Positions 20,164-28,975 of a stretch of 45,634 nucleotides of DNA are shown here, in pieces. The notes under the pieces were generated by a model, which was not told where the DNA came from, searched no databases, and worked only from the letters and a program-made list of their open reading frames with translations. The number at the start of each line of letters is the position of its first letter. Positions within the stretch are counted from its first letter, which is position 1. Location of the stretch: positions 2,543 through 48,176 of the forward strand of contig DCTW01000009.1 in the NCBI GenBank assembly GCA_002329465.1, given 5' to 3'. The position numbers and the translations under genes were made by a program. This stretch comes from Candidatus Woesebacteria bacterium UBA1430. Lineage in GTDB: Bacteria > Patescibacteriota > Microgenomatia > UBA8517.

Positions 20164-20670
20164 TTAGACCGGTCTGTCGTAGTTTGGTCTTGTTGGTGAA
20201 AGTATTTCATACTCGAGATTTATATCCTTTTTAAGCATTAAAGGTTCTTGCAAGGCGGTTTTTATACCTTTAAAAATTGTAATTTTATAAATTTTTCCAG
20301 TTTCCCATGGTGTTAGAGGAGTGATAATAATCCTTCCGAGATCATCAGGAAGCGTGGATATTTTGAAATTTTTTGGAGGTTGAGAGCTTATTTGAACGCT
20401 TGATTTGTTGATTGTTTTATCAAATTTAAGTGTTATTGCGTTTTGTGTTTCTCCCCAGTTTATTTTGCCTGATTTGGGAAATATTTGAGGCATTGGAAGA
20501 TCGCCGTATTCTGTTGATATGGATGTTGGGCTAGGGAGACTGGTTGTTGAAGGAGATTTTTTTGAACGATTTGATAATAGAGTAGTTAGTAAAACTAAAG
20601 AAATTAGAAACACCAGAAATACAAGCAGTTTGGTGCGCTTTTGAATTATCTGTAAAATGAAATTTTTCAT
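20164..20670 (-). CDS. Membrane-anchored Ig-like (Big_5/SbsA-like) protein
   Basis: N-terminal TM, S/T/P-rich linker, then ITLKFDKTI..IIITPLTPWETGKIYKITI pattern. Confidence 0.6.
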   Translation of the reverse strand: MKNFILQIIQKRTKLLVFLVFLISLVLLTTLLSNRSKKSPSTTSLPSPTSISTEYGDLPMPQIFPKSGKINWGETQNAITLKFDKTINKSSVQISSQPPKNFKISTLPDDLGRIIITPLTPWETGKIYKITIFKGIKTALQEPLMLKKDINLEYEILSPTRPNYDRPV

Positions 20671-20679
20671 TCCTTTATA

Positions 20680-23043
20680 TTATAACTTGATAAAACTACC
20701 GCTTGTAATTCCTATGTGAGAGGGAATATTTCTTGGTGGATCTTGGCCGGAAAAGACTATGCCGCTTGAGTTGCATAGAGTTGTTGATGCACCGCTATCG
20801 AGAAAGAAGCCGTCGTCTACTCCTAATACGGATTCCATAAACTGTTGTACTTGGATTGCCGTTGCGCTTCTTAATATTATTAAATAGACACGATCGTCTT
20901 TGATTCCAACAGCTGTTTTGGGACCTGATCCTGTAATGTTATTATATGCAACTCCTGTAACAGCCAGTTTATAACCTTGGCCCGTAAGATCGTCCGGCAG
21001 ACTTGAGTGGCTTATAATTTGAGCCTGATTGCTTTCTGTGATTACAAGAGTTTTAAAGTTATAGGCTGAAAATCCTTCGTCTGGTGGGTAATTTGTAAAA
21101 TTGCCGTTAAAACCTGCGTGACCTATTGGAGTGTTTGCATTTAAATAAAAATTGGCATTAACGGCTGCAGATAGATTTTTTGCGCTCATCCAAGTACAGG
21201 AATTAATACCAACCTCGTTTCCTGAAAGCGGGTTTGATGCTACAAGATTTTCCGGGTTTACTGCAGCATACCAACCTTCAAGGTCTGTATTTACGGGGGA
21301 TGTTATTCCAGAGCCCTCTCCCGAGCAGAGGAAGTCTGGTTTAACTGCAAAACCATCGATGTTAAGTTCGATGTGGAGATGTCCTGGGACGAGTTCGTTT
21401 GCGAGTTGGGCGATTACAGAGCCTGATTGATAAGTTCTGCCCGAGGGGAGCTGGTTAATGTGGTTAAGATAGATGCGCCAAATGTGTCCGTTTCCAATTG
21501 CTTCAAAAATTGCACCATATCCCCATCCTTCTCTTGTGCAGGATGCTTTGTTTGGGACGCTTGCTCCTTGGCAGTTATACCATCCGTCAATAAAGCGCCA
21601 AGTTAGGGGGCTACACGTTTCGCTTCCAGGATCACAAAGATAGGGGAGCGCTACATCTGCATAAACACCATTGCAATCAACCACATCTGCCGCATAGCCG
21701 TAAACAGAACATCTTGTTGGCGCTGAAGAGCAGAAATTTCTTCCGTTTGCAGGATCAGGGCCAAGACATCCTCCCATTGAAACAATGGGAATAGAATAAG
21801 TACAGGCATTTGTTGCAAAACCCCAGTAAGAGTTGCTTCCGTGACCTGTTTCGTTTTCCGGATTATAGGAGCCTGAGGTGATTTCGGGACAACTGGAAAC
21901 TAGGGGACAGGTTCCCGATGCTACTATACCTTGGGTTAATTCTCCTCCTTGAAGCGGTGATCCCTGTGGAACTATATAGGCTCCTGAGTTGATTATAAAA
22001 AGAATTATTGAGATAGAAATAATGATAACCAAAAGAGCAATAAATATTTCTGTTAGGATAAGTGAGAGAGAGATAAAAAGGCCGGCTATTACTATTTTTC
22101 TGAACCTTGGGCTTATTGCAAAAAGCATGAGTGTCGCGCCGATCGGGCCGCCTATTAAAAACCCAGCTGAAAAAACGCCAAGTAGCCCTAAGTCCCCAAC
22201 GCTTCCTTGAGAGGCTCTTTTTGTCATACTTGCAACTCTTGCAACTGTTTTAACTGCTTTATCGGCGAGAAAAGCGACGGCTGCAGCAGCACCTCCTTTT
22301 GAAAGCAGTTGTTTGTAGATTAAGTTATAGGTTTTGTTTACGAAGACTTTGGTTTTTGAAATAATATTTTGTTTTTGGCTTAGCAGTATTGAGCTTAAAC
22401 CAGCTACTTGTGCGAGTTCCAGTTTTTCGTTTTGTACGTCTTTTCCCTGATCGGTGGCATTAATAAAAGTATTTAGCTTTTCTTCTATTTGTTTTTGTTC
22501 TGGGGAAAGAATAAAACCGAGATCTTCGATGCTTTGAACTGTTTTTGTTGCCTCTAGAACCTCGTTTATTAACTCGTCAAGATTTTTTTTATCTTTTGGG
22601 TCCAGATTTGGGTTATTAAGAAGTTTGCTAGCAATGGTTAGCGCTTCTTTTTGATCGATGCCGTACTTTTGGGGGTCCTTGATGGCTTTTTCGAGATTTC
22701 CCGAAGCTTCTTTTAGATCTGATTGGAGGTCCGGGGAGGGTGGTTTTTTCCTATCTCCGTGTGACAGCATTTCAAAAAGGGACGGGGTTGTTATCATAAT
22801 GCCAAGCTGAGAGGCAGCTATTTTAGACATCTTTATGGAAAGGTCAATTCGAGCAGATTGGGGAAGTTTGTCTAAAATTTCGGGGTTGATATCTACGCTG
22901 TTAGTGATAAGCCAAGCTTGGTTTAAAAGTTCTGGTAGTTCTACAGGAAGAGTGCTGCTTTTCGATGCGGATTCTGCTGCCTTGAGTAGTTGGTTTCTAA
23001 GTCTTATTAATCCCTCTTTTTTTTCCGGAAGTTTGAATGCCAT
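20680..23043 (-). CDS. Membrane protein with M23-like peptidase and phosphodiester-glycosidase (NAGPA-like) extracellular domains
   Basis: TMs near residues 285-360; YAADV, YLNHI and PGHLHIEL (M23-like); AAVNANFY, PKTAVGI and FFLDSGAST (NAGPA-like). ATG at 23043 preferred. Confidence 0.65.
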   Translation of the reverse strand: MAFKLPEKKEGLIRLRNQLLKAAESASKSSTLPVELPELLNQAWLITNSVDINPEILDKLPQSARIDLSIKMSKIAASQLGIMITTPSLFEMLSHGDRKKPPSPDLQSDLKEASGNLEKAIKDPQKYGIDQKEALTIASKLLNNPNLDPKDKKNLDELINEVLEATKTVQSIEDLGFILSPEQKQIEEKLNTFINATDQGKDVQNEKLELAQVAGLSSILLSQKQNIISKTKVFVNKTYNLIYKQLLSKGGAAAAVAFLADKAVKTVARVASMTKRASQGSVGDLGLLGVFSAGFLIGGPIGATLMLFAISPRFRKIVIAGLFISLSLILTEIFIALLVIIISISIILFIINSGAYIVPQGSPLQGGELTQGIVASGTCPLVSSCPEITSGSYNPENETGHGSNSYWGFATNACTYSIPIVSMGGCLGPDPANGRNFCSSAPTRCSVYGYAADVVDCNGVYADVALPYLCDPGSETCSPLTWRFIDGWYNCQGASVPNKASCTREGWGYGAIFEAIGNGHIWRIYLNHINQLPSGRTYQSGSVIAQLANELVPGHLHIELNIDGFAVKPDFLCSGEGSGITSPVNTDLEGWYAAVNPENLVASNPLSGNEVGINSCTWMSAKNLSAAVNANFYLNANTPIGHAGFNGNFTNYPPDEGFSAYNFKTLVITESNQAQIISHSSLPDDLTGQGYKLAVTGVAYNNITGSGPKTAVGIKDDRVYLIILRSATAIQVQQFMESVLGVDDGFFLDSGASTTLCNSSGIVFSGQDPPRNIPSHIGITSGSFIKL

Positions 23044-23044
23044 T

Positions 23045-24955
23045 TTAGACAATATTTCCTTTCTCTTTTGAGTAGCCTATGATTTTTGCGGACTCGACCG
23101 GCGTGAGCTCGGGCGAGCCTGGATTTTTTTCAAGGTCTTTTGGATTAGTTGTTATTAAGCGATACTCTTCGTTTGATGCAACAATTCTTATTGGTGCATG
23201 GTGGGGGCCTGCAAAGAGAATGCCTTCGCCTACGTTTGCACCGAGAAGGAGCTGTTTTTCACCCTGTGACAAATAGAATGTTTCTGAAACTTTGTCTATT
23301 GCGGCCGGGCTTTGTTTGAGAAGGAGCCTTAGGGCCGAGTTTGTAACTACTGCTTTACCAATGTCTTGGGCTAGAAAATCCTCAACGTCTTGGGTGATTG
23401 TTGTCAGGCCAAGATAGTATTTACGGGCTCTTTTGACGATAGACCAGAGAAATTGAGCAGTATCAGGATAGCGCATCATGTGCCAAGCTTCGTCAACAAC
23501 AAGGATGCGTTTTTTTATGTCGCGCCTTATTTTTGTCCAAATGAAGTCGAGAATTATAAACATTGATATTGGGCGGATGCTATCTTCAATATCTCTGATT
23601 GAAAAGACGGTGAAGGGGTTTTTTATATCTATGTTTGTATGCTTGTCAAAGACACCTGCGTAGCTGCCTCTTACAAATTTTTCAATGCGTGCGGCGAGGT
23701 CTAGGGCTTCGGCGGTTTCCATTCCAATAAGAGCTTTATAGAGATCTTCAATAAGAGGCGGCTCTTTGGTTTGTGTTTCGGGATCGGGAGTAATGCCTTT
23801 TGCGCGGTAGGCGTTTATGAGAGCCCGATCAAGAAGCGCTTCTTGGGAGGCATTCATCTGTCCCATTATTATTTTAAACAATGAATGCAGCGAGAGAAGT
23901 TTGAGATTGAGCTGGTTTTCGCCTTTTTCGTATATTTGAGCGAGATCAAACGGATTTATTTTTGAGGGGCTTGAGTATGAGAATTTAATGTATTCTCCTC
24001 CTACAGCTTCACAGAGTGTTTGATATTCGTTTTCCGGATCTATTACTATTACTTCTGTGCCAAACATTAAAGAACGAAGAGACTCCAGTTTTACAAAGAA
24101 GCTTTTTCCTGCACCAGATGTGGCAAAAACGGTCATGTTTGAGTTTTCGAGTGAGAATCGATCGAATATAATGAAAGACTCGTTTTGAGAGTTTATTCCG
24201 TATAAAATTCCTTCGTCGCTACTTAGCTCGGCTGTTGTAAACGGAAAGGTGGTAGCAAGAGATGTCGTGTCCATGTTTCTTGTTATTGAAAGCATGTCGC
24301 GGCCAAAGGGCGCTGTTGAGAGAAAACCTTTTTCGTGATCAAGGGCAGCATGCTTTGCGACGATTAAAAGAGAGGATAGGGTGGATTCTACTCTTTTTGT
24401 AATACTATTTAGGGCTTCGAGAGAGGTTGCCGGAATTGTAATATAGAAGGAATATTCGAAAAAGCGCTCGGCTCCTCTAACGAGCTGTTCTTGGAGCATT
24501 TTGGCGTCTTCCAGTTTTGCTTCGGTTGCTGGGTTTATTATTTTTCCTCTTTGGATGTCCGTTGCAATTTCAGCCTCCATTTCTGTAATTTTTCTTCTTA
24601 ATTCGTCGAGGATTGTTCTTCCCTCGACAGGATAGATAAAGAATGAAATATCAAGGCTGTGGTCAAAATTTATGATCGGCTCCATCCATCCGGGGACGAC
24701 AAAGCGGGGGTATCCTGCTACAAAAAGTGTTCTGAAATATACTCCGTCTATTTCTATATAATCGAAATCAAGCTCGATTTTGTTTGGAGCAAGGACGTCA
24801 AGAAGCGACATGTTTTTGAGTTCCGCTACCGGATCGGTAAATTTTTGTTTTTGAATTTTTTGGTCTTGGTTTGTTGGGGCAGGAATTTCGGGGTTTGGCA
24901 TTTGGAGGCTTGGTTTTTTTTGATTTTTATTGCCCCTGGCTTTAAATAGATTCAT
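23045..24955 (-). CDS. virB4: VirB4/TraC-like type IV secretion ATPase
   Basis: Walker A ATSGAGKS, IDPENEY, INPFD, Walker B LVVDEAW, RARKYYLGLTTITQ. Confidence 0.9.
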   Translation of the reverse strand: MNLFKARGNKNQKKPSLQMPNPEIPAPTNQDQKIQKQKFTDPVAELKNMSLLDVLAPNKIELDFDYIEIDGVYFRTLFVAGYPRFVVPGWMEPIINFDHSLDISFFIYPVEGRTILDELRRKITEMEAEIATDIQRGKIINPATEAKLEDAKMLQEQLVRGAERFFEYSFYITIPATSLEALNSITKRVESTLSSLLIVAKHAALDHEKGFLSTAPFGRDMLSITRNMDTTSLATTFPFTTAELSSDEGILYGINSQNESFIIFDRFSLENSNMTVFATSGAGKSFFVKLESLRSLMFGTEVIVIDPENEYQTLCEAVGGEYIKFSYSSPSKINPFDLAQIYEKGENQLNLKLLSLHSLFKIIMGQMNASQEALLDRALINAYRAKGITPDPETQTKEPPLIEDLYKALIGMETAEALDLAARIEKFVRGSYAGVFDKHTNIDIKNPFTVFSIRDIEDSIRPISMFIILDFIWTKIRRDIKKRILVVDEAWHMMRYPDTAQFLWSIVKRARKYYLGLTTITQDVEDFLAQDIGKAVVTNSALRLLLKQSPAAIDKVSETFYLSQGEKQLLLGANVGEGILFAGPHHAPIRIVASNEEYRLITTNPKDLEKNPGSPELTPVESAKIIGYSKEKGNIV

Positions 24956-25643
24956 TTTTAATTTTCTCCTCCTTTTCTTTTACTTGTATGGCTTCGAAAT
25001 CGGGATTATAGATATTGTAGTAGAGTTTAATTATTTCTTCGTCGCTTAGCTGGCGCATTTTTAAACCCAGGCGGGTGGCCTGTCTAATTAAGTGATCTCT
25101 TTTGGGGTAGAGCGAGGTTTGGATTTTTTTGATAACGTATTCTTTGGAGTATGGTATTGCCCTTTTCTTTTTTTTGAAATCCAGTAGCGATTTGGCGTTA
25201 AGGCCCAGCTCAAATGGAGAGAAGGGGATTACTATAAAAAATCTTTTTCCAAGTACATTTTTTTTCTTTATGGTTTCTGATATAAAATTTTTGTAGCCTA
25301 TCATTAGCCCTTTTAGTTTTTCGCTTTTTACGTTTGGAATATGTTCTTCTATTGATTTAATATATTTTGACACGTCTTTTTTTTCGGTTCTTACCAAAAT
25401 TTGGATTGGGAAGCTAAGGCTATTGATAAGTGCTGCAAAAGCTGCAACAACGGCTTCTTGTTCGCGTTCGGACAGAAGGCCGAAGTTAAGGGACGTGGTT
25501 TCGAGCACTATTGCCGCACCTGCGTCCTTGAAAAGGACTATTCCGTTTTCGATTTCAGCAATGGGGATGTGGTTTTGAGTGGTGCCGACAAGGGGTTTGT
25601 CCGGAATGTTTAGGAGCGGTATTTTTTTGACGGGGTTTTGCAT
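24942..25643 (-). CDS. VirB4-associated protein resembling the N-terminal region of VirB4/TraC-type proteins
   Basis: TQNHIPIAEIENGIV..LNFGLLSEREQE..LINSLSFPIQI; overlaps the virB4 start. Confidence 0.65.
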   Translation of the reverse strand: MQNPVKKIPLLNIPDKPLVGTTQNHIPIAEIENGIVLFKDAGAAIVLETTSLNFGLLSEREQEAVVAAFAALINSLSFPIQILVRTEKKDVSKYIKSIEEHIPNVKSEKLKGLMIGYKNFISETIKKKNVLGKRFFIVIPFSPFELGLNAKSLLDFKKKKRAIPYSKEYVIKKIQTSLYPKRDHLIRQATRLGLKMRQLSDEEIIKLYYNIYNPDFEAIQVKEKEEKIKNESI

Positions 25644-25644
25644 T

Positions 25645-26622
25645 TTAGTTTGGTTGAGACTTTGCTTTTATGGCGATGGGTTGAATAACCTGTCCGTTTG
25701 CTTCTATTTCAATCGGGTCGAATGCAAAACCTTCTTTTTCAACTGTAATTTGATATTTGCCGTTATTTAGCGGTGTGACTATTAGGAAGTGGCCTGCTTT
25801 GTTGCTTTTAAGGGCGCGTACTGGGCGGCCTTGGGCGTCTTTTATTTCGAGTATTGCGCCTTCTATAATTTTTCCTTCAGCGCTTATTGTTTGGCCAACA
25901 ACTATATTGGGTTGGGTTGGGGGGGCGGGCGGTGCTGATTCCGGGCTAAATTGTGCAGCTTGGGCTTTTTGGATTTGTTGTGCAATGAGTGTTTGCGGTG
26001 CGTTTTTTGTTGCTACTTTTTCGTTTTCGTTTACGTTTATATTAAAGCTGGGTTTTGGTACATGGCGGGTATTAACGGAAACGGCTGTTGTTTCTGGCTG
26101 CGGTGTGTCGCTGACTGGCTGGGGCGGGATTGAAACCGCTTGTTTGGGCGGGCTTGCTGAGGATATTGAAAAAAGATTTGTGAATTTGTCAAAGAAATTT
26201 TTTTCTGCTTTCTCAAGGTTTGATAAGGCGGGGTCTTGTGGCTGGTTGGATTCTTGAGCTGCCTCTTTGACCACCCCTGGAGTTGTCGGCTGGGCAAAAA
26301 TAACCGATGGACTTTGAGTTTTTTGCCAAGTGTAGATTGTGGGCGAATAGACGGACCGGAAAAATGCTTTTACCCATTCTTCCAGTGGGCGTTCTTCAAG
26401 AGGAAGAAAGGCAAATGCTGCTCCTGCCAGCGCAAAAAAGATGATAAGCGGCCATTTGATAAAGCCTGGGAAAGGGGAAGCGTAAAAAAGAAGCGCGATT
26501 AAAGCCCCGCCCGCAAGCTGAAAGAACTGCTTGACGGTCATATCTCCTATGAGTCTAAATTGATAGGAGCTTATGTTTTGTGGAACCGGATGTTGTTCGA
26601 ATGTTGGGAATTGATCGTGCAT
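25645..26622 (-). CDS. prgI: PrgI-family (VirB3-like) membrane protein with C-terminal carboxypeptidase-regulatory-like beta-sandwich
   Basis: HPVPQNISSYQFRLIGDMTVKQF, two TMs, ERPLEEW; P/Q-rich linker; IEGAILEI..SNKAGHF..GKYQITVEKEG. Confidence 0.8.
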   Translation of the reverse strand: MHDQFPTFEQHPVPQNISSYQFRLIGDMTVKQFFQLAGGALIALLFYASPFPGFIKWPLIIFFALAGAAFAFLPLEERPLEEWVKAFFRSVYSPTIYTWQKTQSPSVIFAQPTTPGVVKEAAQESNQPQDPALSNLEKAEKNFFDKFTNLFSISSASPPKQAVSIPPQPVSDTPQPETTAVSVNTRHVPKPSFNINVNENEKVATKNAPQTLIAQQIQKAQAAQFSPESAPPAPPTQPNIVVGQTISAEGKIIEGAILEIKDAQGRPVRALKSNKAGHFLIVTPLNNGKYQITVEKEGFAFDPIEIEANGQVIQPIAIKAKSQPN

Positions 26623-26634
26623 GGCTTGTTTGTG

Positions 26635-26678
26635 TAATGTATATACATTAATTGTAGTGCATGTAGCTTATCTTTCAA
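26635..26678 (-). promoter_or_regulatory. Promoter of the prgI-virB4 operon with a 16-bp palindromic operator
   Basis: Minus strand TTGAAA-16-TACAAT, immediately followed by the perfect palindrome TAATGTATATACATTA (26635-26650). Confidence 0.65.
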
Positions 26679-26750
26679 GAAGTGGGGGTTTTCACGGAAT
26701 ATTTTGATATAAAAGGGGTTAAAATGATATAATCAGCCTATAAATCTGCC

Positions 26751-28973
26751 ATGGATGATGCTATGAGTCCTGAAATTCATTTTAGACCAGACGATTTGGG
26801 CGTGGGCGGAGCTCCTGAGCGGGGAGAGGGCGCGCGTGGGGTTCCTGCTGAAGAAATAATTAGCAACCTTAGGAGTTACAAGGAAGAAATTAAAAGAACA
26901 CATAAAGACATATCTTCAGATAGATTGAGAGAGTTAAATAATTGGATTAAACACGGTCAAAATTTGTTGGGGGAATATTTAGAATCGGCCCCTGGTTTTG
27001 AGGGCTTTGCACAAAAGATTGTAGATAAAACAGATGTTTTTGATAGGGGCGGAAAGAGTGATTGGGGAGAATATTTTGAGGGAATAAGCTCTACTGCTCA
27101 AGAGTTTGAAGATGCTTTAACCAAAGAAGATAAAAAGAAATATAAGGGGATTTTTGAGGCCGCTGCCCAAAATTTGGTGAACAAACTGGATATGAAGCGA
27201 AAGCGGGCAAGCAGCGCATTTGGCTTAAAAGTGAAAGCTGATGCGTCTGACAGACTTGAGGACTCTAATTTTGTTCCAACAAGCTGGTTTGAAGAGAGAT
27301 ATAACATTAATAGCTTAACGGGCGATATGCCCGCTGAACCCGTAAGATCTCCCAGCCTGGAGCAGTTACGGAGAAGGGGGGAGGAGTTAAGACAAAGAGG
27401 CGGTGTTTTGGAGAGAATAGCAGGGGCGGTAGAGCAACAAAGGGACGTTGCTTTTTTAGAGCATCAAAGGTTGGCGGGTATACCCGAGAGACAAAGGCTG
27501 AACTTTCTTGATTGGGAGGAGAATCCTCCTACTGATAAATTAATTCCTATTCCTGAATTGCGAGATGAAATGTGGCTTGGGTTGACTGATAAGGAAAAAG
27601 AGTTGTGGCAAGCGAGGCTAAAGCTGGTAAATGGGAGGATTCTTAAACTTCACGATTTAGAAGCCTATATTAAAGATAAAAGTTTTGTTTCAAAAATTAA
27701 TGACAGAGAACTTCAAGAATTAACCGATTGGGAAGGACAGTATGTTTCGCAGGCGCTATGCCTATTGGTTGTATCAGTGGTTGAAAATTTGAAGTTTGAT
27801 GAATTAAAACCTGATGGCTCTCGGGCTAATTTAAAACCTTTAGGTATTTATAATGTAGATAGTCCGGATAAGTTTGCGGCTTTTAGAGATAGAGTAAGGA
27901 AATACATGGTTCATCGTTTCGATTTGATTAATGAGCAGGCGCGTGGTGGATTGGCTTATGAGGAGGCATATGGCGCTGCATACGCAAAAGCTAAGTTGGC
28001 CGAGCAGATTGCTATGAATATAATTATTAATTCGCATTTAATTGAGCATATGTTTATTGGCAGAAATTATAATTCTGAAATATTTCTTTATGATGGAATG
28101 TTTAGCTCGTCTTTGTGGGAGTTAATGCATCCAAGACAAAAAGCATTATATGAAGCCAGTTTAGGCAGAACTTGGCCGGACAACGAGCTTGGGAGGTGGA
28201 TAAGAGAACATTTTGCTCCTTATAAAAACAGATCAACTTTTAGTAAGATTGTTCCTTTAAAGGTTGGAGAAAACATTGAACTTTTTTCTATAAAAGCTCC
28301 AATAAAGCCTCCGCAATTGTTAAGTAAATTTTTAAGACATTTTCCGATTGTAGGGACTCCTGGAGAGAGTGATATTCCGTTGCCAGAAACAATGATTGAT
28401 AGCTTTTTTTGTGATACGAAAATATTTATACCAAAAAGGAGAAGGAGTGCTTTAGTAGATAGTTTGTTAGCGCATGGTCAAAATATAGTAAACCCTCGTG
28501 TCCCTTTAAGAGAGATTCGTGGGGTAAAAATAAACTGGAGATCTGAGGCTCAAGATGTTGATAATATTTTGGATTCAGACATGAAAGGCGGTCCCTTTGC
28601 TTTTTACAATGCATATAGGTTAAGAAGTGCGCAGACTTTATTTAAGGCTTTTACAGCAAAAGCGGATCCCAATCAGTCGATGGATTTACCTCAAGATGTG
28701 ACATGGAATGATATTGGGAAAGCTGGTAAAAATATTGGGTACGACAAAGACGGCAGACTTAGAAAAGCAATTGTTTATTTGTTAAGAAATGTTAAGGGTG
28801 GAGACCCAAGGCTTTATTCAAAAGATTCTGATGAAAAGGAAAGTGCGAGATTTCGTAGAAATTGGGTTAAACCAGGGAGAAGGTTTTTTCAGCCTAAAAA
28901 ACAAGGACGAATGTCTCTTTTTTGGAGAAGGTGGCAGTCAAGAGATAGATATCCTGGTTTTTTTGATAACTGA
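26751..28973 (+). CDS. Large soluble hypothetical protein
   Basis: 740-aa ORF with its own TTGATA-18-TATAAT promoter (extended TG); no recognised domain or signal peptide; Arg-rich C-terminus. Confidence 0.8.
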   Translation: MDDAMSPEIHFRPDDLGVGGAPERGEGARGVPAEEIISNLRSYKEEIKRTHKDISSDRLRELNNWIKHGQNLLGEYLESAPGFEGFAQKIVDKTDVFDRGGKSDWGEYFEGISSTAQEFEDALTKEDKKKYKGIFEAAAQNLVNKLDMKRKRASSAFGLKVKADASDRLEDSNFVPTSWFEERYNINSLTGDMPAEPVRSPSLEQLRRRGEELRQRGGVLERIAGAVEQQRDVAFLEHQRLAGIPERQRLNFLDWEENPPTDKLIPIPELRDEMWLGLTDKEKELWQARLKLVNGRILKLHDLEAYIKDKSFVSKINDRELQELTDWEGQYVSQALCLLVVSVVENLKFDELKPDGSRANLKPLGIYNVDSPDKFAAFRDRVRKYMVHRFDLINEQARGGLAYEEAYGAAYAKAKLAEQIAMNIIINSHLIEHMFIGRNYNSEIFLYDGMFSSSLWELMHPRQKALYEASLGRTWPDNELGRWIREHFAPYKNRSTFSKIVPLKVGENIELFSIKAPIKPPQLLSKFLRHFPIVGTPGESDIPLPETMIDSFFCDTKIFIPKRRRSALVDSLLAHGQNIVNPRVPLREIRGVKINWRSEAQDVDNILDSDMKGGPFAFYNAYRLRSAQTLFKAFTAKADPNQSMDLPQDVTWNDIGKAGKNIGYDKDGRLRKAIVYLLRNVKGGDPRLYSKDSDEKESARFRRNWVKPGRRFFQPKKQGRMSLFWRRWQSRDRYPGFFDN

Positions 28974-28975
28974 GT

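Noticed and set aside
26686-26702. parS-like site (GTTTTCACGGAATA)
   Set aside because: Too many deviations from TGTTTCACGTGAAACA and not palindromic.
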